The notes under the pieces were generated by a model. It made no database searches. It was not told the DNA's origin and saw only the letters and a list, made by a program, of their open reading frames with translations. A DNA stretch of 58,876 nt, filler included, from Sphacelaria rigidula (lineage: Eukaryota): NCBI GenBank assembly GCA_964200075.2. It is 8 parts of 8 records of this genome, joined end to end, with 100 filler letters (N's around TTAATTAATTAA, not from the genome) between each part and the next. Parts side by side here need not be neighbours in the genome. Positions count along the whole stretch, not along the records: positions 1 to 7,273 come from CAXNAA020015679.1; positions 7,374 to 14,646 come from CAXNAA020015680.1; 6 more parts are not named here. One strand, given 5' to 3'. Positions 1 through 12,719 of this stretch are shown here, piece after piece. Numbering within the stretch: position 1 is the first letter of the stretch; every line of letters begins with the position of its first letter. Both the position numbers and the translations under genes were made by a program.

Positions 1-713
1 GTGGCAGGCCATCGGTCGTGTGGCCTTGCCAACCCTCGCCGTAAACACCCCCCCCCCCCCCCCCACCCCCCAACGTCCGAGTCCGGTCCGGCGAGAACCC
101 GGCGTACTCCGTCCCGCCCTGCAGGGACGAGAGATCGATGACCTTATGACTACGGCATGTTAGACCATGAGTACACCTCTCTCCCTCCTTTCCTCGGGAC
201 GAGTCCGTGGTCTCAAGGGACCAACCCATCTCTTCCTCGTACATGCCTTGCATTTTGGTCTCGTGGATTGGATCATGACCAACGCTTCTGTACCGCACCG
301 ACTCTCGTGTAGCACACTCAGTCAAACAAATCCATCTTGCTACTCGATTCAGTTCCACGTACGTTCTCACGCTTCAACGACAGAAATCACATACTGTCAA
401 GAAAAACCCAAATAGGCCTAACAGGATTAGGGCCCGCATTTTTCCCACCGTAATGGCGTCAGTCGGACCATTTGAATTTATAACGCTGGGACGCGGCGGC
501 AATGCTCTACCCTATCTCGAGGTTCCCTCCAGTCAGTGTCTGCGTTCAATTCACCTCGGGTATATACATATCTCATCTGATGACCAAGGGTTACATTCGT
601 AGAGGATGGCTTCATGCACCACAACTCGTTCGTCAATCACTCGGCTCAATTCTCCCGTCAGACGTGTCGCCAACCGGATGAGTAACGTCGATAACGCCGA
701 CATATGATGTTAC

Positions 714-734
714 TGGTGGTGGTGGTGGTGATGG

Positions 735-768
<34 letters not shown>
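714..768 (+). repeat. (GGT)n(GAT)n microsatellite
   Basis: Directly visible trinucleotide run. Confidence 0.9.
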
Positions 769-769
<1 letters not shown>

Positions 770-1140
770 TGTGCTTTGCATCATACTATGAGACGCTTCT
801 TTTGCAGTAGCTTCGGAACATAACCCCAGCCCATGTTTCCCTTTGTCGCACGAATGGGTGTTTTTTCGGCGGGGGCTTGCTTCAGCATCATCGCGTGTGC
901 GCGCGCGCGTAGATCATACATTTTTCGCCAAGTGAAACTGACCGATCCATCATGCAACGCAACAACCCATCCGCCCCTTTCTCCCGGTCCCCTTGCCCAT
1001 ATTCGCCTCCGAGTGCGTTTTGTACCAGTTCAAAAAAAAGTGAAAATGTGACCTTGAGCCAAGAACCAAGAATCGCAGCAGAACCGGACGCCAAAACAGA
1101 AAAAAAGAAGGAAAAAAAAGGCGCTCCATTTCACACTTAC

Positions 1141-4100
1141 CACGTGATCATTCAGCCCTTCCGCGAACACACCGTCTCCGGTCCTCGGTTCCCCCATCGT
1201 GTAAAGCACCACCCTATCCCCGGCGATACCCAGGCGCTGCGTCAAATCGGCTGCGCAAACGCTAGCAGCCGCCGCCCCCAACGAGTGTCCCGTAACGAAA
1301 ATAGTGTAGTCCGGGTTATCCCGGGCGAGGGCGAGCATACGCTCGGCGAAGCCCTCCGAGACGACGCTCTGGTAGTACTGGCAGAACCCGAAGTGCACGT
1401 TCCCTATGAGCAAATCGTCGCCCCCGTCATCATCACTACCGGTTTCGCTGCCGCCGTCGACACCTTCAGCGGCGGCAGCAGGTCCTTCTTTTTCATCGTC
1501 CATATCGTAATCGTTGCGCCTTTTCTCCAAGAAGGCGCCCTCGACTCGCGGTGGCTCTTCTTGCTTCATTTCCTTCCGTCCGTCACGTGGTTGTGATAAC
1601 CGCTTCGTCTCGCCCACCCCTTGTTCTTTCCCATCTTGTGCACCGCGACTGCCATCCGCCAGTGTCTCATCGTCGACACCGCCGCCGCCGAGTCTGTTGC
1701 TTGCATTGCCCAGTCCTCGTTCGTCAGTTGGCTCCAGTACTCCGTCCTCCAACGCACCCTCGACTAGCAGTCGTCGTTCGCCTCCTACGTATCGTCGCCT
1801 TCCAAATTCTCCTATGTCAAACTCCTCCCCTAATCGTCCTTCACCATCACCATGCCCACTATCGACACCATATTTACTGCCATCGCCACCGTCAGTGTTG
1901 ACGTACCATTCTTTCCTTACACCCGTCGGCGGCGGCGATGCGCCTGCTCGAGCATCGTCGCGAGCAACGTCGCCCGAGGGCAGAGCAGAAGAAAACTCGT
2001 TGGAAGACTTCGCTGCCAGAGCCGGAGCGCACCGTTTGTTGTACGTGAGCCAAGTACGCAAGTCTGTCATCTGTGCGACAAAAATAGGAGAAATACACAC
2101 GAAACGGGGAAGGGACAGGGACAGAGCAATACATGTATCGAAGAGGTCAATGTACGCGCTTGAGGTATGTATGTGTATATATATACATATGACATGATAT
2201 GTACAGGAGCGGTGGAAGTGCGTTGTGTTGTACTGTGCTGCTGAACTTTGTATCTGTTCTTGCACTGAAATACGAGAACCTACGCGACGAGAAGGAGAGC
2301 TGTAAGGTTCGCAAGCGGCGGACAAAATTTACTCTCCTTGAAATCAGTCGACCGACAAAACTAGTGCTTGATGCTCCTCAACGAGGTCCGAGGTGTACGT
2401 GCACACAACAACGCTGGGAGATATTGCCAGCAAAAACAGGTATCAAAAGACGATGCACAGAGAGTTCTTTACCTACCGAGCTAGATCCGAAACTTGACTC
2501 TTTTCACGGAGCACAGAGGTAGCGGGCCTGTATATATCAATGAACGACGAACCCTGCAAGAACAAATCGACGCACCATGGGAATCGCAGTCGTGTGTGTG
2601 TGGGGGGAAAGGGGAACACAATAAACGACTACCGTACACATGCGCACATCTGCACCCCACGCCCGTGCTCACCCAGTCCTTTAGGTCGCTGGTGCCCTTG
2701 AAGGCTGCCACTATTCTCTTGTTCTCAGGATCTAGACCGATGTAACCAAACGCGTCCGTCCCTTCTCCCACGTACGTCTTTTGTTCGTATTGATGATGTT
2801 TTCATTCAAAGACGCAGCGAAAAACAAAGTCCAGGAATGACGGGCAAACCGAGAGAGACCGTGTGGATGCACTGTAAGTAAAAATAGAAAAACTGAGGAT
2901 GAGGCGGAGAGAAAAAACCAAAGTGAGAACAAATACACGTTGCGCATTTTCCCAGAAAGGAAAAAAAGCGACGTGCGCACGGGTCGGCATTGTCAAAGTG
3001 TTTTTCTGACCGCAGAGTAGAAAATACACATGCACGAGAGCCAAATGCAGTACGGCAGCAGTCCATGGGCTTCCTATAATCGTTGTTTCAACACAGTACT
3101 CGTATGTGCCGCAGCTGGCAACGCGCGTGGGAGACAAAACACAATTTCTATGAGGACTTTCTTGTTCTTATGAAATTATACACCTCGTTGATGATGAACC
3201 CTTCCGTCCTCTCATTACATTCCGGATTGACAAAGGACCAGTTCGCGACGTATGGATCCCTGGCGTATGCAGCACTGCTGTACACCTGTGCACCAAAAAC
3301 AGGGGGGGGGGGGGAAGAGGGAGGCGCATTAATTTGCTGCTTGCCCCAGTCGTTGGACCATTCACCATCCATCCCCTTCGAGACGGAGCACTGGGGAGAG
3401 GGAGCGGGCGGGAATCTCCATATACTGTTCTTGTTCCGAGGTTCAAGGACGCCGCAAATGTTCACATGTACGAACCACACAGTAGTAGACGTTTTGCACA
3501 AGCCGTACAGTATAGCGACGCGGCTTCAATCACTCATCTACTCTACTATTAATAGGCAGTACAGTGACTCAGGACCTTGGCTTGTTTCTCGACCCTTGTA
3601 AGCCCAAGAGCCATTAGTGCTGTCGTGCGAGGGGGGACGGGAAACTGAACTTTGTTTTATTCACCTTGTCAATGGAGACTCAAGATAAGAAAACACTACT
3701 CACTGACTTCTCGCGGACTGGAAACGAGTCTTGTCCTGTGGACCACGACCCTTCCTTCCAACACCGGGAGCAAGTACCCGTTTCATGTACTCGATCAGAA
3801 GAGCACATGTGATGCTAACGCCAGAGCAACTAGCCCAAACACGGGTGTATGGGCAACGTTGCGGTATGCTCACGGCGCGGAAGTGCGGCGCCTGAGTGCT
3901 GGCCGTACAACAATCTACCGAATGAGGAAAGACATTCAGACGCGACATCATCTGCATTAAATATTAAATCCATCCTCTCTGGTGACTTCAGATCCAGACA
4001 CAAGATAAGGCGGCGAATCGGATACCCCTTTCTTCTAGCGGTCAGAGATAGCATCTCGCAGGATAGGGGTTTGTGGTCACACGCGGCAAGTGCGCAGTGC

Positions 4101-4849
4101 CATTTTTTCTTCGTTGAGAGAGTCCACCACGTGTGATATCAGAAAAACAGCGAACCTGGGCTTCCTCACGTACGAGAATTTAGGAAACTCAACAACGAAG
4201 CGAAAAGAAGATGCGGATAGTTTTCACTGTACTTGGATGTTAGCGAAAAGTCTCACCATTCAAGTGCCGACGCTATGTGTATAATGTGACGCAGCGTCAC
4301 GGACCCACGGGGTGCATGCGACACAGATATCAAACGCACAGCACGACGCACGTTGGTTGGCAACTTCACGAAGCAAGTCCTAGTGACTGCTCTCGAGATT
4401 ACTCATCTTGATCTGGACATCATGGGAGTAGAGAACCCGCCCTCGCAACGTTCCACAGTTGAAATTCAACCCCTCTATTATGATCACTACTACGGCTCCT
4501 GCCTGTACTGTTTGTTGTATTGAAATATGTCACCAGTTATTGCTGCTGCGTAGGCAATCATCCCACCACATCTCTTGCCCTGTACGTAGCTCTGGCCTCT
4601 CATAATATACTTGGAACCTGGGGCACGCTGCAACTGCTGTTTTCTACTGTAGTATGCTTCACTGTTGTGCTGTGCTCCACGTAGGTATCGCGAACTCACC
4701 ACTGATAACTTGGCGAGGTCCTCGTCGTAATCGAACTCTTGGCGTCTTATTGTTGGTGTCCCGTCTCCGTCATCACTGCTACCACCTACCGACAGAGCCG
4801 AGCATTCTCCGAGAAGAAGCATTTTTATTAGCAGCAGCAAGAGCCACAT
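1141..4849 (-). CDS. Secreted class 3 (fungal-type) lipase, 3'-partial; exons 4849-4700, 3285-3184, 2777-2673, 2070-1141
   Basis: All four exons have GT/AG borders and join in phase 0. Hydrophobic N-terminus (MWLLLLLIKMLLLG), YSSAAY, IVAAFKGT..DW-MTDL lid, VHFGF, nucleophile elbow IFVTGHSLG, YTMGEPRTG. Exons with the catalytic Asp/His were not found in this contig. Confidence 0.9.
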
Positions 4850-6409
4850 CTCCCACCCCGCTCAACCTCCACTGCTAACTGTGCCAGCTGAGCTGTGCTG
4901 CACTGTGCTGTCGAATCGGGCTGTGCTGTCGACAACGATGTTTTCGTGTTCAACAAGACCGCCCGCCAATATCATTTTACAATCATGTTCATGAATCACT
5001 TTGTTATTTTCCAGAATCGCACAACGTCATGTACAATTTCTCTGCAAAAATGATGATGCAAGCACCCGCGCCCCAAAAATACCTGGGTGATAATGTTTTT
5101 CATGCTCTAGATGTCCAGTGATGCGCGAGAAGCGCAAACGCTGCCGTGCTGTCATTTATTGACACTTTCTTTAGAAAACAACACGAGTACAAAATAGTTG
5201 GAGCATGACGAAAACAACGTTGGGTATATCTTTCTTTCTTGCTGTTGCTTCCCTCCGAGCTCTTCCAAGAATCCAATTCAAAGTGGATACTAACGAGTAT
5301 AATGAGTCTGCGCTTCCCGAGCTTTGGGTTGGGTGATCACATCCAGGGAGCACATAATCCTTTCGAACAATTGTGAGTAGATTTAAATACGTTGTAAATG
5401 ATATAGCTGCGCGCTGGTGCAGGGTGTGTATCGGAACCGAGCGGGCCAGAGCGAATCCTTCCGTGAATTCATTGATACCCAGTGTTTGTTGAGCTTGATC
5501 CCGTCGCGCGGTTGCCTCGTTTGTTCAGGCTCTTTCGGCTGTTGCACTACGTCCATGACCAGCACTATTCGACCTAGATACATAGATTACTAGGGATATA
5601 TGATCAACAAAGCGCGCGTGAAGTGTAAGCGCAAGCTGAGAGCTCCCTCCAACGCCCACCATGCATTTTTGGGTATAATTCCTCACCCTCATTGTTCAAG
5701 CTTCACCTGCAAATAATGATGATTTTTGATGCCCAACCGCGGCTCAAGGCAAGCTATACTGTGGAATATACTGCAGTATTGCTGACGTCGACTCTCCGAC
5801 GCTTTACGATGTGCAGCTCTCGTCTGTGTATCTTGGTGCATGCATGCGGTGGTTGATGCAAGTAGAATTTCTGGCCGTGCCATATCATTGGCACAAGGTC
5901 GTCTCGCACGACTGCCGAGAATTTGAACGACTGTATCTTGCGTGTCCTGTTGTGTCACGACGGTCTTCCGCCCATCATCCTCCGCCGGCGTTCCGCAGAC
6001 AAAAACCTCAGCCTCTCCCGGTGGAGATCCAACTCGGATCCAACTCTGTGCGGCTAACACGAGACGGCTGGAAGCTCGGTGGGTTATTCATAAATAGATG
6101 TGCATATACGTATACGCATCGCTTTGCGTTTGAGTAATTGAATGTCTATACTGCTGTGTGTGTGAGCTCTTACGAAGCGACTGTACAATACGACCCACGT
6201 GATCTATGCGGCCAAGAGCCACCCATTGATAAGGTGCGCGATTCATCTATCGAAGCATTCAAGCATAGGGTCAAAGAAAACCCCAGACTCGTAGCCCCCT
6301 TTTCATTTTCGCCCCAACAGGGGGGGGGGGGATAGTAACTTCTCTACGAAAGTGTTTCCACGCTAATTCACACAGAACGAGTAATAATATAGTCCAAGAG
6401 TAGGGGAGA

Positions 6410-6815
6410 GGCAAGTTACTTGAATTGAGTATAGGTGAGCCAGGTCACTTGATCTCTCAGAGTAGCTGAGGTCAAATATAGGTGACCAAGTCACGTGATT
6501 CAAGAATAGCTGAGGCAAGCCACCTGATCTTAGAGTGGGGTCCAAATTACTTGAATTGGGTAAAGGTGAACCACGTCACTTGATTGTAGACTAACTGACG
6601 CAAGCTACTCGAACTGAGTATATAGGTGGACCACGTCACTCGATTTTAGGCTAGCTGAGACAGGTTGTATGATCTTAGATTTGAAGGGGTGAGTTACTTG
6701 AACTAAGTACAGGTGAACCGCGTCACTTGATTCTAGAATGGCGGAGGCAAGTGGCTTGATCCGAGTATACAGTTGAACCAAGTTGCTTGATATCAGACTG
6801 GCTGAGCAGGTTACT
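6410..6815. repeat. Degenerate ~29-bp minisatellite (~14 units)
   Basis: Recurring units like CAAGTCACTTGATTCTAGAATAGCTGAGG and CAAGTTACTTGAATTGAGTATAGGTGAAC. Confidence 0.75.
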
Positions 6816-7273
6816 AGGTCGTGCAGTTGAAACTTGGTAGGTTAGGCAAGTTATACTCAAACTATTTACAGCTACTGCGGCAGGCTGCGGTGAAAAAGAA
6901 ACTCTCTGCCGCGGCAGGCTGAAATATTGAAGACGCGTTGAGAATATTACTGCCGAGCACACCTAGCATAGCTGGGGAATCCCACGCTTGGGATCGTATT
7001 CGCCGATGTCGCAATTATGAGCCCCCCCATGCAGTCTCAGCCAGCTATCATGAAGCGATTGACACCACATCACTAGATGAGCTGAAAATATCTGCAAAAA
7101 CGGTTAGACAATGAATGAGTGCTTGCTGAACTTTACGAAAAATTGAATGACAACCAACAGGATCAAACATCAACTAACATCCGATTTTGAATCTTGGGGT
7201 TCAACACTAAAATGGGGCTGAAGTCGCATTTTTCTATTGCAGGGAAGATACGAGAGAGTAACACAGAGCGAAA

Positions 7274-7373
7274 NNNNNNNNNNNNNNNNNNNNNNNNNNN
7301 NNNNNNNNNNNNNNNNNTTAATTAATTAANNNNNNNNNNNNNNNNNNNNNNNNNNNNNNNNNNNNNNNNNNNN
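7274..7373. other. Artificial contig linker (also 14647-14746, 22020-22119, 29392-29491, 36764-36863, 44135-44234, 51506-51605)
   Basis: Identical 100-bp N44-TTAATTAATTAA-N44 blocks (stops in all six frames); contig lengths never increase, 7273 down to 7271. Confidence 0.97.
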
Positions 7374-7541
7374 TTAGCGTGGACTACTTACTTAGCGGAC
7401 TGTATCAACGGTTTCCTTTTTGTGTATGTAGCGTAACGACGGCTGCATTATGAGCATACTTTGTTTTTGCTTCGCCTTTCCTTCTTTTCTTCTGACGGTC
7501 AGGACATCGGTAATGATATTTGTCAGCGTGCCTGTTCAACC

Positions 7542-8153
7542 TGTTGGAATAGCTCGTGTTGACAGGCACTGTCGTCAAGACAGGCCAACCACTTATTCAG
7601 AGAATAGTGGTCTTTGCAGACGATGCACCAGTGATCGTCAGATCACTTGCTCCTGCAGCACAGATAAACTCAGTTGAAACAAATGATTGTGGGGCTCTTC
7701 ATCCGGCCAAGACAAAACAGAATGCACAGTTCCTTCAGCAAGCAGGAACTGGAGGTAATGGAGGAGAGTGAGAGAGTATAGGCGATCGAGGTGACCGAGT
7801 CCATGCTCATCAATTCCTGGAACAAAAACAAATCGCTATACGTACGTAGCAAAAAGGCTTCCACGTCACTTGCATGGCGTGGCGCCAGCTCACACACAAC
7901 AGGATACACTGCAAGCTGTGCTACCCTCCTACTTCTACAGCATACTACTGTATAACAACTCCTGGCAGCACACTGTCATTCTCAAAGCCTTACGTGGCAA
8001 CAAGATACTATCTACTGTACCGGCAATAAACTGTAAATACGGCGTTTGGCGTGAGCGGGTTCAACCGTAACTAATTTCGCCGCTATTTGCTGCAGAGTTT
8101 GAACTCATAGATACAACAAGCAGCTGAGGTACAGGCTGCGTAGAATTCCAACA
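7542..8153 (-). repeat. 3' LTR (612 bp)
   Basis: TG..CA ends with perfect 9-bp inverted termini TGTTGGAAT/ATTCCAACA; first 144 bp match 14503-14646 with 4 differences. Confidence 0.93.
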
Positions 8154-8160
8154 TCCCCTC
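8154..8160 (-). other. Polypurine tract
   Basis: Minus strand GAGGGGA abuts TGTTGG of the 3' LTR. Confidence 0.8.
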
Positions 8161-8189
8161 ATGAGTTCAACGTCATGGAAAATCTACTT

Positions 8190-9398
8190 TCAATCAAACT
8201 GAAAATCAAGTACACAAACAGGAGAAATGGCAAGGTACATCTTGCTGATGTGTAGGCAGCAGTCTGCATGCAAAATTGCATATTTACCTCGTAAACAGAC
8301 GCCAGTATAAAACTTGCTACACATTCCGTTTCGTCTCGAAACATACACATGCTTGTTCACTGCACAGGCATCAGCCATTTTGAGCCTGCAGTAACCTAAG
8401 GAACGATCTCTTGTGATACGTCTCGGCTTATTCGTAGAGACATAAAAAATAGGGAGAAAAAGAGTCAGTGTGGAAGAATTAATCCACCAGTATAAAAAAA
8501 CAAATACGGTGAGGTGAAGCTCACCAGATACCCTCCGCACAACAAACATGGAAACATCCGTTCCACAAAGATCATTCTTCGAATTGATACTTTGCATAGG
8601 AGAATCAATTTCGTACCCTATGCAAGTACTGTACACATGCCAAAGTACGCACGGCACTTATGCTACCAATCTTATTGAACGAGGTACCTTCCTGTACACA
8701 AGAAGAAACGTGAATTTCACATGAACCAACTCCTGACCCAACAGCACTCGTATGTTAGTTCAAATTTCGATCGATACATCCAAGTCTCTTCCGTATTTGG
8801 AGGGTCGCGTAGGTACTGATGACGACACCCCTACCTTGGCTAGTCGAAAGGTTAGAAGGTCATGAACCCTCTTCGTAAGGAGGACATCAAAATCGTCCGG
8901 TGTCTCATGAATCTAACCTTTTATCAAAACATTTAGTACTCTTAAATCCAAGAAAAAACAGATGTCTGCTGTAAAGTAAAGCTGCTTGAGGGAACGTAAA
9001 AAGTCGAATATGGTAGGATATTCACTTTCGTCAAAAAACCCGAAGCGTCTTAGATTTGCTGCCATTCTCCTCCTCGCCGTCCAGCTTTTTCCTGGTACTC
9101 CGACGTGTTGTAAGTATCTTCTTCGGCAACCCCGGTCGATCGTGGATCCTTGTACGATGTATGGTAGCTGAGCTGGTTAGTTCCCGAGGCGGTCACTAGC
9201 GCGTGGAGTAACACCGGTAGGTTGTTGTACGGGTGTATTTCCGAGGCGCGCTCTGGCGCGAGGAGTAATGCCGGTGGATTGAGTGTTATTACGACATGCG
9301 TTCCTGCGCGAATTACGGTTTGCGCCTGTGCGGGAGTCACCAGTGTTGTTGTTAATGCAGGCGATACGTGTGTTGCGGGCGTCGCGGTTTCCACTCAT
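8190..9398 (-). pseudogene. Decayed extra ORF between pol and the 3' LTR
   Basis: One frame from ATG 9398 to the stop at 8190 (403 codons) with only 4 internal stops (9177, 8913, 8760, 8658). Confidence 0.5.
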
Positions 9399-9591
9399 GT
9401 TTGGTAGTGGTTTGTGAAGGGTCGGTTTGTAGATGGGGATGAAGTGATGTGTTGTCGGAAGGTGGATGGTGAGTTGTGATGTGGTGGGGGCGATGGGTCG
9501 CCCGACTTTGGCTCCTTGACTAAATGGACGTATGTAAGTTGATACGTCACTCTTGACGATGACGTACAGCAGCCGCTTCCGTAAGTACGTA

Positions 9592-11342
9592 TTACTTTCC
9601 AGAATTCATGACTGCGTCCACAAGTCGGTGGTGGGTTGTCCTATCGCAATGTTTGGTGAGTATATCAGCCAGTTGCGCGGTAGTTCTGATGTAGTTGATG
9701 GTAATCTTGCCGTTGGTGATGAGGTCCTTCAAGCTGAAAAAACGAATCGCGAGATGTTTACTTTCGTTTCGGAAGTTCGCATTTGAAGAAAGATGGGAGA
9801 GCTCCCTAGGAATTGGAGAGGATGATTGGAGGCCGACAGACGACCACCCGAGCTCTCGCAGAAGATTAAAAAGGTAGGTACCGAACTTTCCTCCTCTCGC
9901 CAGGGCTATGAGTTCGGCCTCTGTAGTAGAAGTAACTGTTATCCGTTGTAGGCTTGAATAAAAATGCACTAGTCCGTTAGATAAAAAAAACATCGTTCCA
10001 GTTGTAGATTTCATTTTTCCTTCGATGCCACTGTTGCCGTAGGAGCTATCGCAAAAGCCTCGTAGATCCAAATTGTTGCCGGAAGAGCGGTAGATGATGG
10101 GCAGGTCCGGAGTTCCTTTTAGATAGCGGAAAATGCGTTTCACAGCCGCTAAGTGCTGTGTCGTAGGCTTACTCATGTAGCGCGCAACCTGGGTAACGCT
10201 GAAGGCGATGTCGAATCTCGTACACTGAGACAGGAAAATCAAACTACCCACCATAGCTTGGTACTTCTCTATAACTTGCTGATCTAGGAGATGTTCCTCC
10301 GAGTCTGGTAGGATACTATTGGTGATCCCAGGTGTGTGTACCGAGTTGCAGGATTCCATATTGAACTTTTGAAGTAAGGAGATGACGTATTTATGCTGTG
10401 ACAGTTTCAACGTTCCACGCTCTCCCTCGAGACTTCAATACCCAGGATGAGGGAAACGGGTCCCAGATCCGAAAAAGCAAATTTATTCTTGAGCGTGTCT
10501 TGAACATCTTGTAGAAGCTTGATAGAGGATCCGGTTAGGACAATGTCATCGACGAATAACGTGAGCATGACATACTTGTCATTTTATTCTCTCGTGTAGA
10601 CGCAAGGGTCGCTTGCTGTCGCAGTAAATACCAGTTTCCTCAACTCGGAAACGATGGTGAAGTTCCCGACGTTAGGAGATTGCCTGAGACCATAAATCGC
10701 TCTAGACAGGGGCATTACATGAGGTTGTCCGGTAGCAGGGTCCGTCGTCTCGAAGCCCGGTGGCTGTTTGAAAAATAGTGTTTCTCTCAGTTTTCCATTT
10801 AGAAAGGCTGTCTGTACATCAAGCGCAACTACTGGCCAGCTTTTTGCAGTGGCAATCGCGAGAAGAATTCGCTGCCTTTCGAGTCGGCAGACCGGTGCAA
10901 AAGTACTGCCGCAATCGAAGCCATGTCGTTGTGCCCAGCCTTGAACAACGAGTCTTGCCTTGAAGCGTCCATCCGCCTTGACTTTATATACCCATCGCGT
11001 GCCAATTATGTTGGTGTTCGGTGGAACTGCTCCAGCTGGAATAATGTCAGCCACACGATGGTCTTTGATACTGCGGAGCTCATCGAGCATGGCTGCTTTC
11101 CACTTTGAGGCATATGGTGAGGAAGAGGCCTGTTTGAAATTATTCGGGACGAAGATGGATGCAGGGGGCACGACACGTTTGATCCCGACTGTCCCAATAT
11201 AGTTTGAAACTGATTCCAATGCCATGGATGAATTCCGCGGAGCTTCGATCGCCAAAGCTAGTTTTTGGAGTTCTCGGAATTGACGTTGGTTGGTAGGAGA
11301 TGAAGTAGTGCTGGCCGCAGTTCCGGCGGAGCGGAGTCGCAT
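9592..11342 (-). pseudogene. Copia reverse transcriptase + RNase H (disrupted)
   Basis: WKAAMLDEL, KARLVVQG, LDVQTAFLNG, LFVDDI (~10545-10562, after the premature stop at 10584), RFDIAF, GFCDSSY, STTEAE, ADILTK; frameshift near 10430. Confidence 0.95.
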
Positions 11343-11359
11343 AGGATGAGTAGATGTGG

Positions 11360-12717
11360 TTGAGCTCTCGCCGCGGTCTCAGCTGTGAAATGCCATCAAA
11401 GACGTTGCTGTTGAAATCAATGTTGTCTTGTTGTAGGTGGTCTTGATCATGATGAAGTTGGTCTTCGACTTGTTGATCTTGATGAAGGTGCTGCATGTTA
11501 ATATTTTCCCCCGAAGCAGTTGGAGTTGAGTCCGTCCGTAGGTTTGTTGCTCCGTCTGCTTGTTCGATGGAGGTAACATTTCCGGAACTGTAGATTTTTC
11601 CGGAATACCTATCGTAAATCCGATATGTAGGACTATCATTATCATATCCAATCAGTACTCCTTCCCAAGCTTTATCCTCTAGCTTGTTAATGTGCCCCTC
11701 CTTGTGCACGAACGCTCGTGATCCTATGATGCGTAGAAATGCTAGATTCGTCTGTTTACCAAACATCCTGTAGTACGGAGTTTCTCCGTTGATGCTCCGA
11801 CGTGGTAGACGATCCATCAAAAATACTGAAGTGGCAACTATTTCCCCCCAAAGAAACTTGGGCAATCCCGCCTCGTTTAGAAGGCAACGAGTAATATTAA
11901 AAACTGTTCTCCCATCCCTCTCACTCATGCCGTTTTGCTGAGGTGAATGTGGGGAACTGAATTCCTGAAGGATGCGTGTCGTCTTACAATACCGACGAAA
12001 GTAGTCTGCAATGTATTCACCCCCACGATCTGACCGTAGGCGGTGTACCCTAAGTCCTAAGGGAATCGCCACGTCTTGGATGTACTTGACAAGTGTTGAG
12101 AGCGCCTCATTTTTTGCCTTGATGAAGTATACAACTTTTAGTCGACTGTATTGGCCAGTGAACTTCGCCATGTACTTGTAACCACCTAATGCAGTCGGTG
12201 AGAATGGACCCGGGAGGTCGGTAGTTACCAGTTGCAGACGTTCTGTCACTGACAAAGAGTCCGAGGTTTTTGGATGATTCTTCTGGGCGCTTTTATTTAT
12301 CATGCAGGTGTTACAGAAGGAAAGGGACCCCGTAAATTTCACACCTGTTTCGGGAATATTCATAACCCGACGCATCGCTGGCTCCGCGGGATGCCCCAGT
12401 CTCCGATGCCAAACTCCTGCAGTCATAGTAGTAGAAAGAGCTGAAGCGTCTCCCGCAATCGTCATAAAAGTTAAAGCTGTCCCCATGCCCATATGTTCTC
12501 CGGACACTACCTCAGCCGCTAGTGCTGACCCAGTTCTTGAGTCGACGGGTTTGTAATTCCGGATGATCTTCATGTCGATGTAGTGGAGCAAGCTGTTGTC
12601 ATCAGGGCGAAGTGGTACTCTAAAACGTCCAAGATCAACATAAGAGTTGACACCAAACGTTGTTCCGACCCTCTTTGTTCGTAATGCGTAAACAGGAGAA
12701 AAGAGATGCTGTCCCAA
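11360..12717 (-). pseudogene. Copia GAG-pre-integrase and integrase
   Basis: WHRRLGH..CNTC zinc finger, TDLPGP, LRSDRGGEY, QQNGMSER (DDE triad), GKQ..GSRAF/IGY SH3-like region; frameshifted relative to both gag-PR and RT. Confidence 0.95.
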
Positions 12718-12719
12718 CC

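Noticed and set aside
6410-6815. CRISPR array or LRR-coding repeat
   Set aside because: Units are degenerate and contiguous with no spacers; period is not a stable multiple of 3 and no ORF spans the array
7318-7329. TTAATTAATTAA as a biological motif
   Set aside because: Synthetic linker with stops in all six frames
7537-7541. AACC precedes both LTR copies (TSD or tandem element)
   Set aside because: At 14499-14502 it is part of the PBS; the true second TSD lies beyond the contig end
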